Source: Melioribacter sp. (lineage in GTDB: Bacteria > Bacteroidota > Ignavibacteria > Ignavibacteriales > Melioribacteraceae). From it: a stretch of DNA of 64,000 nucleotides. Both the position numbers and the translations under genes were made by a program. The stretch covers positions 4,958-68,957 of the forward strand of contig JAHEZQ010000022.1 of the NCBI GenBank assembly GCA_023250955.1. The letters are read 5' to 3'. Positions 15,581-26,700 of the stretch are shown here, piece after piece; the stretch's first letter is position 1, and every line of letters begins with the position of its first letter. Under the pieces are notes generated by a model. The model saw only the letters and a program-made list of their open reading frames with translations. It made no database searches and was not told where the DNA came from.

Positions 15581-16628
15581 GATGCCGACAAATAATTATC
15601 CCCACAGAAGAAAAAATATTCTAACAGGAGAATGGATATTAGTCTCACCTCACCGTACACAGCGTCCATGGCAAGGAGAAATCGCCGATCAAGAAAACCA
15701 AATTCGTCCGTCGTACGATCCGGAATGTTATTTATGTCCGGGAAATAAACGGGCGAACGGGGAAGTAAATCCAAATTATACCGGCACATTTGTCTTCACA
15801 AATGATTATTCAGCTTTGATGGAAGATATTCCTACCAAAAAAATTAATCAGAAAAATTTATTAATTGCAGAAAATGAAAAAGGAATTTGCAGAGTTGTAA
15901 ACTTTTCACCTCGGCATGATTTAACTTTAGCTGAAATGAATGTTGATGAAATTGAAAATGTAATTACAACCTGGCAGGATGAGTTTAAGAATTTAAGTTC
16001 GAATAAGAATATTAATTATGTGCAGATCTTCGAGAACAAAGGTGCGATGATGGGCAATAGCAACCCTCATCCGCATTGTCAAATATGGGCACAAGAAAGT
16101 ATTCCGCTAGAACCACAAAAAGAATTAAAACAATTTCAGAAATATTATTCCAAGAATAAAAAAAGTTTATTAAGTGATTATCTAAAGTTAGAGCTGAAAC
16201 AAAAAGAAAGAATTGTTTATGAGAATGATTCTTTCACTGCTGTAGTTCCTTTTTGGGCGATATGGCCGTATGAAACTTTAATAATTTCAAAAAGAAAAGT
16301 TGCAAATCTTCTTCAGCTGAATGCTAAAGAGAAAAGAGATTTTGCAAAAATTATAAGTACAGTTACAATTAAGTATGATAATCTTTTTAATATATCATTC
16401 CCATATTCTGCCGGCATTCATCAAGCTCCCACCGACGGAAATAAATACCCAGAATGGCATTTCCACATGCATTTTTACCCGCCGCTATTGCGTTCGGCAT
16501 CAATAAAAAAATTTATGGTCGGTTATGAAATGTTGGCTGAACCGCAGAGAGATATTACTCCGGAAGCGAGCGCAATTATATTAAAAAATTTGTCTGTTAA
16601 ACATTATAAATCTTACATGAATCATTGA
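15570..16628 (+). CDS. galT: galactose-1-phosphate uridylyltransferase
   Basis: 352 aa. HPHCQIW (His-Pro-His active site). The start may be the ATG at 15582, just after the galK stop. Confidence 0.9.
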   Translation: MRIKMPTNNYPHRRKNILTGEWILVSPHRTQRPWQGEIADQENQIRPSYDPECYLCPGNKRANGEVNPNYTGTFVFTNDYSALMEDIPTKKINQKNLLIAENEKGICRVVNFSPRHDLTLAEMNVDEIENVITTWQDEFKNLSSNKNINYVQIFENKGAMMGNSNPHPHCQIWAQESIPLEPQKELKQFQKYYSKNKKSLLSDYLKLELKQKERIVYENDSFTAVVPFWAIWPYETLIISKRKVANLLQLNAKEKRDFAKIISTVTIKYDNLFNISFPYSAGIHQAPTDGNKYPEWHFHMHFYPPLLRSASIKKFMVGYEMLAEPQRDITPEASAIILKNLSVKHYKSYMNH

Positions 16629-16715
16629 ATATTTGATTGCAATAATTTTTATAATTAAACTTTGAAAGACAAACTTTGAGTTTTATTATTAATTATTAAA
16701 GAGGACTAACTTAAT

Positions 16716-18167
16716 ATGAATAAGGCAGATATCGGTTTGATTGGTCTTGCTGTAATGGGAGAAAATCTTGTATTAAATATGGAAAGTCATGGTTTTACAG
16801 TTACAGTATATAATAGAACAGTTGACAAGGTAAATAATTTTTTAGCCGGACGCGGTAAGGGAAAAAAGTTCATCGGTGCTCATTCAATTGAAGAATTAGT
16901 TGCTAGTTTAAATTCTCCAAGAAAAATTATGATGATGGTAAAAGCCGGGAAACCGGTTGATGATCTAATTGAATTGCTGATTCCTCATCTCGATAAAGGA
17001 GATATTATTATTGATGGAGGTAATTCTCATTTTCCTGATTCCACCAGAAGAACAAAATACTTAGAGAGCAAGGGATTGTTGTTTATAGGAACCGGAGTTT
17101 CCGGCGGAGAAGAAGGTGCATTAAAAGGTCCGTCAATCATGCCCGGCGGTTCTCCGAAAGCTTGGCCTTTTGTTAAACCGATTTTCCAATCAATTTCCGC
17201 AAAGGTTGAAGATGGTACACCATGCTGTGATTGGGTTGGTGAAAACGGTGCCGGACATTTTGTTAAAATGGTTCACAACGGAATTGAATACGGCGACATG
17301 CAATTAATAACCGAAGCATATTTGATAATGAGAGATTTATTAGGAATGACCGCAGATGAAATGCATGATGTATTTAAGGAATGGAACAAAGGTGAATTGA
17401 ATAGTTATCTTATAGAAATCACAAGAGATATTCTTGCGTTTAAGGATGAAGACGGGAAACCGCTTGTAGATAAAATATTAGATACTGCCGGGCAAAAGGG
17501 AACAGGTAAATGGACAGGAATTTCATCGCTTGATCTTGGTATTCCTTTAACTTTAATCGGTGAGGCAGTTTATGCCCGTTGTCTTTCTGCAATGAAAAAT
17601 GAAAGAGTAGAAGCATCAAAAATATTACATGGGCCTAAACCTAAATTTGAAGGCGATAAAAAATTATTCATCGAAGATATTAGTAAAGCATTATTTGCCT
17701 CAAAACTTGTTTCGTACGCTCAAGGCTATGTTTTAATGAAAGCAGCAGCTGAAGAATACAAATGGAACTTGAATAATGGCGGAATCGCTTTGATGTGGCG
17801 GGGCGGTTGTATTATTCGTTCCGTATTTCTTGGTAAGATCAAAGAAGCATTTGATAAGAATCCTACTCTTTCAAATTTATTGTTGGATCCATTCTTCAAA
17901 GAAAAAATTGAGAGTTCACAAGAAGCTTGGAGAAAAGTTGTTGCTGCTTCTGTTCTAAATGGGATTTGGATTCCTGCAATGACCACCGCCTTAAATTATT
18001 TTGACGGATATAGAACAGAAAAATTACCGGCTAATCTTTTGCAAGCACAGCGCGATTTCTTCGGTGCACATACTTATGAGAGAGTTGATAAACCACGTGG
18101 AGAATTTTTTCATACAAATTGGACAGGACACGGTGGGACAACAGCCTCAACAACTTATTCAGTATAA
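16716..18167 (+). CDS. gnd: 6-phosphogluconate dehydrogenase, decarboxylating
   Basis: 483 aa. GLAVMGENL NADP loop, GGNSHF, long C-terminal all-helical domain. Confidence 0.92.
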   Translation: MNKADIGLIGLAVMGENLVLNMESHGFTVTVYNRTVDKVNNFLAGRGKGKKFIGAHSIEELVASLNSPRKIMMMVKAGKPVDDLIELLIPHLDKGDIIIDGGNSHFPDSTRRTKYLESKGLLFIGTGVSGGEEGALKGPSIMPGGSPKAWPFVKPIFQSISAKVEDGTPCCDWVGENGAGHFVKMVHNGIEYGDMQLITEAYLIMRDLLGMTADEMHDVFKEWNKGELNSYLIEITRDILAFKDEDGKPLVDKILDTAGQKGTGKWTGISSLDLGIPLTLIGEAVYARCLSAMKNERVEASKILHGPKPKFEGDKKLFIEDISKALFASKLVSYAQGYVLMKAAAEEYKWNLNNGGIALMWRGGCIIRSVFLGKIKEAFDKNPTLSNLLLDPFFKEKIESSQEAWRKVVAASVLNGIWIPAMTTALNYFDGYRTEKLPANLLQAQRDFFGAHTYERVDKPRGEFFHTNWTGHGGTTASTTYSV

Positions 18168-18194
18168 TTTATCATCATTAAGGAATTTTGAATA

Positions 18195-20204
18195 ATGCCG
18201 ATTGACAAAACAAATATTTCACTAGAGAAATTAGCAGCTAATACGATAAGAATTTTATCAGTGGAAGGTGTTCAAAAAGCAAACTCCGGTCATCCCGGTA
18301 TGCCTATGGGTATGGCTGATGTTGCTTCTGTTTTATGGAGTGAATTTCTGAAGCATAACCCCGATGAACCTAAATGGGTAAACAGAGATCGTTTTGTTTT
18401 ATCAGCCGGTCATGGTTCAATGCTATTATATTCTTTACTACATGTTAGCGGATATGCTGTAACAATTGATGATTTAAAATCTTTCAGACAATGGGGCAGC
18501 AGAACGCCGGGGCATCCCGAGTACAATCATCTTCCCGGTGTGGAAACAACAACTGGTCCGTTGGGACAAGGATTTGCAAACGGAGTCGGAATGGCGATCG
18601 CATCAAAAATGATTGCCGCAAGATTTAACGATGATAAAAATCAATTGTTTGGAAACCATTATATCTACGGTATTGTTAGTGATGGCGATCTTATGGAAGG
18701 AATTTCTCACGAAGCGGCTTCGATTGCAGGACATTTGAAACTTGGTAACATAATTTATTTTTATGACGACAACAGCATAACAATTGAAGGGAATACCGGA
18801 CTAACTTTTTCGGAAAATATTGCAAAAAGGTTTGAAGCTTACGGATGGCAAACTTTACAGACAGATGCGTATGATCATGAAACTATTAGAACTTCAATAA
18901 AAATTGCACAGAGCGAAAAAGAAAAGCCAACAATTATAATCACAAAGTCTCACATCGGGTTTGGAAGTCCGCATAAAGTTGATACACCGGAAGTTCACGG
19001 CTCACCTTTAGGTAAAGAAGAATTAGCTGAAACCAAAAAGAATTTAGGATGGAATTACGAACAGGATTTTTATGTGCCTGAAGAAGTTAAAAATTTATTT
19101 GGAGCGAGAAAAAAGTTATTAATAAATGAATACTATGATTGGACTAATAAATTCGAATCGTGGGAAAAAGAAAATCCCGACAAAGCAGAATTGTTTAACA
19201 AATATGAAAATAATTGGCTACCCGAAAATCTATATGAGGAATTGCTAAACGCTGTAGGTAAAGAAGCCAACGCAACACGGGTTTTATCTAGCAAGGTAAT
19301 TCAAAAAATTGCAGAACTTGTACCAAATTTTATTGGCGGCTCTGCAGATCTCGCTCCTTCAACAAATACTTTAATGAAAAACTACAGCGCAATCGCTCCC
19401 GGAAAATTTGAAGGAAGAAATTTTCATTTCGGAATCCGCGAACATGCAATGGGTTCAATTCTTAACGGCATAACACTTTACGGCGGCTTCAAAGTATTCG
19501 GTGCAACTTTTTTAGTCTTTTCAGACTACATGCGCCCTTCAATTAGACTTGCTGCTATAATGGGATTACCTGTTGTTTATGTTTTTACTCACGATAGTAT
19601 TTTTCTCGGTGAGGACGGACCTACTCATCAACCGATTGAACATCTATCGGTACTTCGTGCAATTCCAAACGTTACCGTCTTAAGACCGGCAGATGGAATT
19701 GAAACTGCTGCCGCTTGGTATTATGCTTTACATCATAAAGGTGGACCGGTTGCATTAATTCTTACAAGACAAAAAATTGATCCAATTGTTCGAGGACTAG
19801 ATTTTGATCCTAAAGAAGTTTTGAAAGGTGGATATATAGTATCGCAAGAAAATGGAAAGAGTATTGATTTGGTTATTGCATCTACCGGCTCCGAACTACC
19901 AGTAGCTATTGCTGCACAAAAAATATTGGAAGGAAAATTATCAGTTAGAGTCGTTTCTATTCTTTCAAAAGAAATTTTTGAAAGACATAACGAAGATTAT
20001 AAAAAGAAAATCGTTCCCGATAATGTTCCCGTTGCTGTAATTGAAGCTGCATCTATGACCGGTTGGGGAGATTTGTTTAGAAATAAATTATTAACCATTG
20101 GAATGACTGGATTCGGTGCTTCGGCTCCATATCAAACTTTAGCTGAGAAATTTGGCTTTACCGGAGAACAAGTAGCAAAGAAAATTGAGGACTGGCTTAA
20201 ATAA
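18195..20204 (+). CDS. tkt: transketolase
   Basis: 669 aa. GHPGMPMGMADV and HDSIFLGEDGPTHQPIEHL motifs. Confidence 0.93.
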   Translation: MPIDKTNISLEKLAANTIRILSVEGVQKANSGHPGMPMGMADVASVLWSEFLKHNPDEPKWVNRDRFVLSAGHGSMLLYSLLHVSGYAVTIDDLKSFRQWGSRTPGHPEYNHLPGVETTTGPLGQGFANGVGMAIASKMIAARFNDDKNQLFGNHYIYGIVSDGDLMEGISHEAASIAGHLKLGNIIYFYDDNSITIEGNTGLTFSENIAKRFEAYGWQTLQTDAYDHETIRTSIKIAQSEKEKPTIIITKSHIGFGSPHKVDTPEVHGSPLGKEELAETKKNLGWNYEQDFYVPEEVKNLFGARKKLLINEYYDWTNKFESWEKENPDKAELFNKYENNWLPENLYEELLNAVGKEANATRVLSSKVIQKIAELVPNFIGGSADLAPSTNTLMKNYSAIAPGKFEGRNFHFGIREHAMGSILNGITLYGGFKVFGATFLVFSDYMRPSIRLAAIMGLPVVYVFTHDSIFLGEDGPTHQPIEHLSVLRAIPNVTVLRPADGIETAAAWYYALHHKGGPVALILTRQKIDPIVRGLDFDPKEVLKGGYIVSQENGKSIDLVIASTGSELPVAIAAQKILEGKLSVRVVSILSKEIFERHNEDYKKKIVPDNVPVAVIEAASMTGWGDLFRNKLLTIGMTGFGASAPYQTLAEKFGFTGEQVAKKIEDWLK

Positions 20205-20231
20205 AATTTGATCAAATTTTCATTTTATATA

Positions 20232-20262
20232 AAGCCCGGCATATTTAGTCGGGCTTTTTTGT
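20232..20262 (+). terminator. rho-independent terminator after tkt
   Basis: AGCCCG-gcatatttagt-CGGGCT followed by TTTTTT. Confidence 0.8.
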
Positions 20263-20271
20263 TTACACGAT

Positions 20272-20288
20272 GTAAAAATATTTTACAT
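20272..20288. promoter_or_regulatory. palindromic candidate enhancer (UAS) site 1
   Basis: TGTAAAAATATTTTACA, within the 9+3+9 palindrome GATGTAAAA-ATA-TTTTACATC (20269-20289). About 125 bp upstream of the sigma-54-type promoter. Confidence 0.45.
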
Positions 20289-20326
20289 CATCTATCTCAT
20301 TGCATTGATTAGTCTTACAGAATAAC

Positions 20327-20343
20327 TGCAAAATATTTTAACA
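20327..20343. promoter_or_regulatory. candidate enhancer (UAS) site 2
   Basis: TGCAAAATATTTTAACA, related to site 1. Centres are about 55 bp apart. Confidence 0.35.
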
Positions 20344-20403
20344 CACCGCAAATTCTCATCATCAAAAACATCTCATTAACAACGCAATTTGAGTATTACT
20401 AAC

Positions 20404-20419
20404 TGGTATGTTCCTTGCA
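20404..20419 (+). promoter_or_regulatory. sigma-54 (-24/-12) type promoter
   Basis: TGGTATGTTCCTTGCA against consensus TGGCACG-N4-TTGCW. GG (20405-6) and GC (20417-8) have the exact 12-nt offset. It lies 38 nt before the ATG at 20457, and an NtrC-type activator is encoded in the same cluster. Confidence 0.65.
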
Positions 20420-20456
20420 CAGTTAAGTGCAATTATTCAATAAGGAGAAACTAAAA

Positions 20457-21452
20457 ATGCAAAAGAGAATATTATTAATAGACGACGAGCCATCGTTAAG
20501 ACGATCACTTTCATTAGGGTTAAATCAGAGAGGAATTGAAGTTGACCTAAGCGAAAACGGAATTAATGCACTCAAGAAAATTGATCTATACAAAAAAAAT
20601 GAAATCACTTTGGATACGGTAATTCTTGATATTCAGTTGCCTGATATAGACGGAATAAAACTTGGTAAGATTATTAAATCAAAATATCCAAACACATCAA
20701 TGATTTACATTACCGGTTATGCCGATAAACTTGAAGAAACGGAGATTGATGATTTAAAGGTAGATGCATTTCTAGAAAAACCATTTGATGCTGATGATCT
20801 AACTGCGGAGATCAATCGAATACTAGAGAAGAAACCAAAAACTCCCAACAAAGAGATCGAAGAAAAAAAAGAAGAAAAAACCGTTGCTGCATATATGCTC
20901 TTAAAGGTTGATCCTAAGGCGGACTTCTTTGCAGTTTATAAAAAATTATACTTTATGGAAAACGTATTGTATTGTGATGCTACAAAAGGTGATATAGATA
21001 TTTTCCTACTTGTACAATCCGACTCGATAGAAAAATGTAAAGAATTATTTGAAAAAGAAATTCGAAGTATGGATGGAATTAAAGAAGCTGAATTTCTTCC
21101 TGTTAGTGTACCGATGATGACAGATAATATTAAAGAAATTATAAACTCAGCCGGTATATCACTTTCAAACGAGATTCCAAGCCTTGGCGCAGTAAGAGAC
21201 TCAAGTCAATCCGTCTGTTCATATGTGTTAGTTGAAGTTGAGAGAGAGAAGATCGAAGATATTTACCCAATACTAAAACTCACAGAAAATGTAGTCTATT
21301 GCGATTTCATTTCCGGGAAATTCAATTTAATAATGATGGTAAGTGGAACGCACTTTGGCCAGATTGATAAATTTCTCGAAAATAAATTAGTCAACCTAGA
21401 AGGTGTTGTAAAAATAAAAGAGTATCCGATCATCAATATATATGAAATGTAA
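20457..21452 (+). CDS. response-regulator receiver protein with two Lrp/AsnC-type (RAM) ligand-binding-like domains and no DNA-binding domain
   Basis: The ORF track starts at GTG 20427. I prefer ATG 20457, which is preceded by AAGGAGA. REC domain (ILLIDDEPS ... DIQLPDIDG ... K), a K/E linker, then two ~75-aa beta-alpha-beta-beta-alpha-beta units (LLKVDPK...GDIDIFLLV...GIKEAEFLPV; VLVEVERE...GKFNLIMMV...GVVKIKEYPI). Confidence 0.65.
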   Translation: MQKRILLIDDEPSLRRSLSLGLNQRGIEVDLSENGINALKKIDLYKKNEITLDTVILDIQLPDIDGIKLGKIIKSKYPNTSMIYITGYADKLEETEIDDLKVDAFLEKPFDADDLTAEINRILEKKPKTPNKEIEEKKEEKTVAAYMLLKVDPKADFFAVYKKLYFMENVLYCDATKGDIDIFLLVQSDSIEKCKELFEKEIRSMDGIKEAEFLPVSVPMMTDNIKEIINSAGISLSNEIPSLGAVRDSSQSVCSYVLVEVEREKIEDIYPILKLTENVVYCDFISGKFNLIMMVSGTHFGQIDKFLENKLVNLEGVVKIKEYPIINIYEM

Positions 21453-21487
21453 AAGCCGCTTTATCAACTACAAAGTGAGTAAAAATT

Positions 21488-21994
21488 ATGAACGATACAG
21501 AGGTTCAAGAGAAAAAAAGTATTCTAAATTTTAAAATTGATCTTGTAAACAAGAGACATCAAAATGGTTCGCTCATTCCGTTGCTTCAAGCAGCACAGGA
21601 TTCTTACGGATACATTCCCGAAAAAGTTATCTATTATATAAGTGAATTAGTTGGAATACCTGCCGCAGAAATTTATGGAGTCATCACTTTTTATTCACAA
21701 TTCAGATTGAAACCGCTCGGTAAAAATTTAATTAGAATTTGCGAAGGCACCGCATGCCATGTTAATGGAGCTAAAAGTATTCTAACTGCACTTCAAGATG
21801 AGTTAGGTATTACTGTTGGAGAAACTACCGATGATGGAATTTTCAGTTTGCAGTCGGTAGCGTGTTTAGGCTGCTGTTCCTTAGCTCCGGTGGTAATGAT
21901 AAACGATGCAACGCATGGAAATCTTACAATGGATAAGATCAAAAAGATATTGAAGAAGTACAAAACCGAAGAAAAAATCCGGATCGCATCATGA
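21488..21994 (+). CDS. NuoE/HydC-like thioredoxin-fold [2Fe-2S] subunit
   Basis: 168 aa. CEGTACHVNGA ... CLGCCSLAPV four-Cys pattern. Confidence 0.85.
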   Translation: MNDTEVQEKKSILNFKIDLVNKRHQNGSLIPLLQAAQDSYGYIPEKVIYYISELVGIPAAEIYGVITFYSQFRLKPLGKNLIRICEGTACHVNGAKSILTALQDELGITVGETTDDGIFSLQSVACLGCCSLAPVVMINDATHGNLTMDKIKKILKKYKTEEKIRIAS

Positions 21995-23754
21995 AAAAAA
22001 TTAAAGTCGGTTTAGGCACATGCGGAATTTCTGCAGGCGGAGAATTGGTTTTCAATAAACTCAAAGAAGAGATAAAAACTAGAAATCTTGGAATTGAGGT
22101 CAACGAAACCGGCTGCATGGGAATGTGTTATGAAGAGGCTTTGGTAGAAGTTGTTGATGATAACGATAGTTTTCTTTATTCAAATGTTACTGTTGATAAA
22201 GTCGGCAGAATTGTAAATGAACATTTGATAAATAATAAACCGGTTATCGAATGGATAATTAAAAGCAATGAAGTTTCTAAAGAGGATGCTTTTCTAAAAA
22301 ATCAAAAACGAATAGTTCTACGCAATTGCGGTGTTATAGATCCGACATCTATAGATGAATACATTGAACAAGACGGTTACAAAGCAATTGAGAAAGTTTT
22401 GAAAAATTTTACACAACAGGAAGTTATTGATCTGATTATTAAATCCGGTTTGCGAGGTAGAGGCGGTGCCGGATTTACAACAGGAATGAAATGGAAATTT
22501 GCCAATCAAGAAAAAAGTGAAAAAAAATATATTGTCTGTAATGCCGATGAAGGTGACCCCGGTGCATTTATGGACAGAAGTGTTTTGGAAGGAGATCCGC
22601 ATTCCGTGCTTGAAGGGATGATGATTGCAGCTTATGTAATCGGCTCTGATGAGGCATACATTTACTGCCGAGCAGAATACCCGCTTGCAATAAAAAGATT
22701 ACGGACAGCATTAAGGCAATGCGAGTTGAAAGGATATTTAGGAAAAAATATTCTTGGTTCAAATTTCAACTTTACAATAAAAATTAAAGAAGGCGCCGGC
22801 GCATTTGTTTGTGGTGAAGAAACTGCGTTAATGGCTTCGGTAGAAGGAAAGCGCGGAGTACCACGGCTTCGTCCTCCGTTTCCTGCTCACAAAGGTTTAT
22901 GGGGTAAACCAACAAACATCAACAACGTTGAAACTTTTGCAAATGTACCGTGGATTATAAATAACGGCTGGGAAAAATATTCTTCTCTTGGAACCGAAAA
23001 AAGCAAGGGTACAAAAGTTTTTGCTCTTGCCGGAAAAATAAAAAGAAGCGGACTTGCAGAAGTACCGATGGGAATGACGATTAATGAAATTGTTTTTGAT
23101 CTTGGCGGCGGAATTAAGAACAATAAAAAATTTAAAGCTGTGCAAATGGGCGGACCATCCGGCGGTTGTATACCCGCAAGTATGGGTAATCTTAAAATTG
23201 ATTACGATGAGATCGTGCGCACCGGTGCAATAATGGGCTCCGGCGGATTGATCGTTCTTGATGAAACTACCTGCATGGTAGATCTTGCGAGATACTTCTT
23301 AAACTTTACACAAAATGAATCTTGCGGCAAATGTACATTCTGTAGAGTCGGTACGAAAAGAATGCTGGAAATTTTGGAAAGAATTACAATTGGTAAAGGA
23401 AAAGAAAATGATGTTGATATACTTCAAGACTTAGCAAACAAAATTACAAAGAACAGTCTTTGCGGATTAGGGCAGTCTGCACCAAATCCGGTTTTAACAA
23501 CTATCAAATATTTCAGGGAAGAATATGTATCGCATATACACGACAAAAAATGTCCCGCGCATAGCTGCTCAGCATTAATTGATTATACAATTGACGAAGT
23601 GAATTGTAAAGGATGCGGACTTTGTATTAAAGCATGTTCATCCAATGCAATTACCGGAAGCAAGAAAGCGGTTCACTACATCAATCAAGAATTGTGTATT
23701 AAGTGCGGGCGTTGTTTTGATGTATGCAATTTAGATGCAGTAATTAAAAACTGA
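21991..23754 (+). CDS. NuoF/HydB-like NAD(H)- and FMN-binding iron-sulfur subunit with extra N- and C-terminal cluster domains
   Basis: 587 aa. N-terminal thioredoxin-like 2Fe-2S region (GTCGISAGG...GCMGMC), GRGGAGFTTGMKW FMN loop, SCGKCTFCR cluster, C-terminal 2x[4Fe-4S] (CKGCGLCIKAC; CIKCGRCFDVC). Confidence 0.85.
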   Translation: MKKIKVGLGTCGISAGGELVFNKLKEEIKTRNLGIEVNETGCMGMCYEEALVEVVDDNDSFLYSNVTVDKVGRIVNEHLINNKPVIEWIIKSNEVSKEDAFLKNQKRIVLRNCGVIDPTSIDEYIEQDGYKAIEKVLKNFTQQEVIDLIIKSGLRGRGGAGFTTGMKWKFANQEKSEKKYIVCNADEGDPGAFMDRSVLEGDPHSVLEGMMIAAYVIGSDEAYIYCRAEYPLAIKRLRTALRQCELKGYLGKNILGSNFNFTIKIKEGAGAFVCGEETALMASVEGKRGVPRLRPPFPAHKGLWGKPTNINNVETFANVPWIINNGWEKYSSLGTEKSKGTKVFALAGKIKRSGLAEVPMGMTINEIVFDLGGGIKNNKKFKAVQMGGPSGGCIPASMGNLKIDYDEIVRTGAIMGSGGLIVLDETTCMVDLARYFLNFTQNESCGKCTFCRVGTKRMLEILERITIGKGKENDVDILQDLANKITKNSLCGLGQSAPNPVLTTIKYFREEYVSHIHDKKCPAHSCSALIDYTIDEVNCKGCGLCIKACSSNAITGSKKAVHYINQELCIKCGRCFDVCNLDAVIKN

Positions 23755-23776
23755 AACTCTTCTAAGGACTGAAGTT

Positions 23777-26700
23777 ATGGAAAATGTAAAAGTAATTATC
23801 AATGATAAAGAAATTATTACAACCATTGATAAAACAATATTAGAAGTTGTTGACGAAAATAAAATTGATAAAATTCCAACACTATGTCATGATAAACGTC
23901 TTGAACATTTTACATCATGTTATCTTTGTGTTGTTGAAATTGAAGGAATGAACAAACATGTTCCTTCATGTGCTACACTTGTACGCGACGGAATGAGAAT
24001 TCACACCAACAGTGAAAGTGTATTAAGTGCTAGAAAAACCGCGTTGGAACTTCTCTTCTCAAATCATTATGCGGATTGTATTGGTCCTTGTAAAAGTAAT
24101 TGCCCTGCTGGAGTTGATGCGCAATCATATATAGCGTTAATCTCAGTTGGTAATTACAAAGGTGCAATCAAACTAGTGAAAGAAAATAATCCGCTGCCTT
24201 TATCAATAGGGAGAGTTTGTGTTAGAGATTGCGAAACAGCTTGCCGTAGAAATTTTGTTGATGAACCTGTCGGTTGTAATTATTTGAAAAGATATATCGC
24301 AGACATAGACAGCAGCGATAAATGGATTCCCGAATTAAAACCGAGAAAGAATAAAAAAGTTGCAATCATCGGCGGAGGACCTGCGGGATTAACATGCGCA
24401 TATTATCTTACTCTCGAAGGTTACTCTCCAACAATTTTTGAAAAACTACCTGAACTTGGCGGAATGCTTAGATACGGAATTCCAGAGTATCGTTTGCCCA
24501 AAAAAGTTCTTGACGATGAGATCAATTGGATTCTTGATCTTGGTGTTGAAGTAAGAACCGGAATTGAATTAGGTAAAGGTGTTTCAATAAAAGAATTGAT
24601 GGATAAAGGTTTTGAATCTGTATTTGTTGGAGTCGGCGCGCACAAAGCATCAACGATGGGATTAAAAGGAGAGAATGAAATTGAAGGAGTATTTGATGGG
24701 ATCGGTTTCTTGCGGGAAGTTGAGAATGGAAATGTTCCTAAGCTAAAAGGAACAGTTGTGATTGTAGGCGGCGGTAACACTGCAATTGATGCAGCAAGAA
24801 CTGCATTGAGATGCGGTGCTGAAAAAGTAAAAATCGTTTACAGAAGAAGCATAAAAGAAATGCCCGCACATCATGAAGAAATTGAAGCAGCTCAAAAAGA
24901 AGGAATTGAAATTTTGTTTCTTACAAATCCTAAATCTATTGTTGAAGAAAATAAAAAATTAAAAGGGGTTGAATGCTTAAAACAAAAACTTGAAGAGGCA
25001 AAACCTGGAGAACGTCCGCAGCCCGTTCCGATTGAAGGATCGGAATACATAGTTGAATGTGATTTTCTCATTGGTGCAATTGGTCAAAAAGTGGATACAG
25101 CTTTTGTAAATCTTGATAAAGACTGCTCACTTGAAAAATGGGGAACAATAACAGTAAATAAAAAAACACTTGAGACATCAATTCCGGGCGTATTTGCCGG
25201 GGGTGATGCAGTAACCGGTCCTTTAACTGCAATAAGTTCTATTGCTCAAGGCAAACTTGCAGCACAATCTATTATGAGTTACTTGGGGTTAGGAACAATT
25301 ATGAAGTCTGAAAAAAGTTTCTTGAGTTCTAAAAATAGATTTGGTGAATTATCCGAAAGGGAATTTTCGCAAATTAAAAAGTTAGCACGCGAAAAAATGG
25401 CTGAACTAAACGTAACGGATAGAATTCACACATTTGAGGAAGTAGATTTAGGAATTACTGAAGAGCAGTCGCTGAATGAAACAGCACGGTGTTTAGAATG
25501 CGGTTGTTCTGAATACTACGATTGTGCTCTCAGAAAATATTCCGAAGATTTTAATTTGGATATTTCGGAATACATCGGTGAGACAAAAAAATATTTAGTT
25601 GATAACAGACATCCGTTTATTTCTTTAGATCCCAACAAATGTATTAACTGCGGAAAATGTGTACGAACTTGTACGGAAATATTAAAAGTATCGGCACTTG
25701 GATTTGTTTACCGTGGATTCAAATCGGTTGTTAAACCAGCAATGGAAAAACCTCTTCTCGATACAAACTGTATTGCATGCGGTAATTGTATTGATGTTTG
25801 CCCGACCGGGGCTATAAGCGAAAAATTCCCGTTTAAAGTTATGGGAACGTTACCAAAAGAAAATCATGAGACTATTTGCGGGTTCTGTTCCGTTGGATGC
25901 AAGGTTAATTTCAAAAAGATCAATGATGATATTTTCTATGTGTCAAATTCTACAGAAGAGATAATTGATACCCATAACAAGGGTTATCTATGTGTTAAAG
26001 GAAAATTCGGGCATAGATACTTGATGGGAAAGAATAGAGTAAGCAACGCTATTATTAGAAAAGATGATTTGGTGCATGAAGCAGGAGTTGATGAAGCTAT
26101 TCTTTATTCAGAGAAAAAAATAAAAGAGATAATTAATAAATACGGATCCGATTCAGTCGCCGTTTTTGCTTCACCGAATTTATCTAATGAAGAATTATAT
26201 CTTCTTCAAAAATTCACTCGTGTTGGATTGAAAAACAATAACGTCTCCAGTTTCTCGAATCTGTTCCAGAATAAAGAACTCGATGCGCTTGATGAATCTC
26301 AAAGACTTACTATATCAACAACAACAATGGATAGATTGAAATATGCTGACGTGATCATTGTAATCAATTCAAATCTCTCCGAAGAAAATTTAGTAATGGA
26401 ATTGAAAATTAAAGACGCACAAAAAGGAGGAACAAAACTAGTTGTTGTGAATTCATCGGAGATCCAACTTGTAAGACAATCAGGTCTTTGGATTGACAGT
26501 ACTAAAGGGACAAATACACTTTTGCTCGATATATTAATGAAAAAGTTTATTGAGAATGGATGTACTGATCAAGAATTTATTAATTCAAGAACAGAAATGT
26601 TTAACGACCTTAAAAAGAAACTTGAGATGATGAATCTTGATGAAGCGATTGAGTTGATAAATATTGACTATGAAAAATTTCAACAACTGTATGATTTAAC

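Noticed and set aside
20427-20456. GTG start at 20427 for the REC-domain gene
   Set aside because: It would begin immediately downstream of the -12 element of the sigma-54-type promoter, upstream of or at the expected transcription start (~20429), and it lacks an RBS. ATG 20457 follows AAGGAGA at good spacing.
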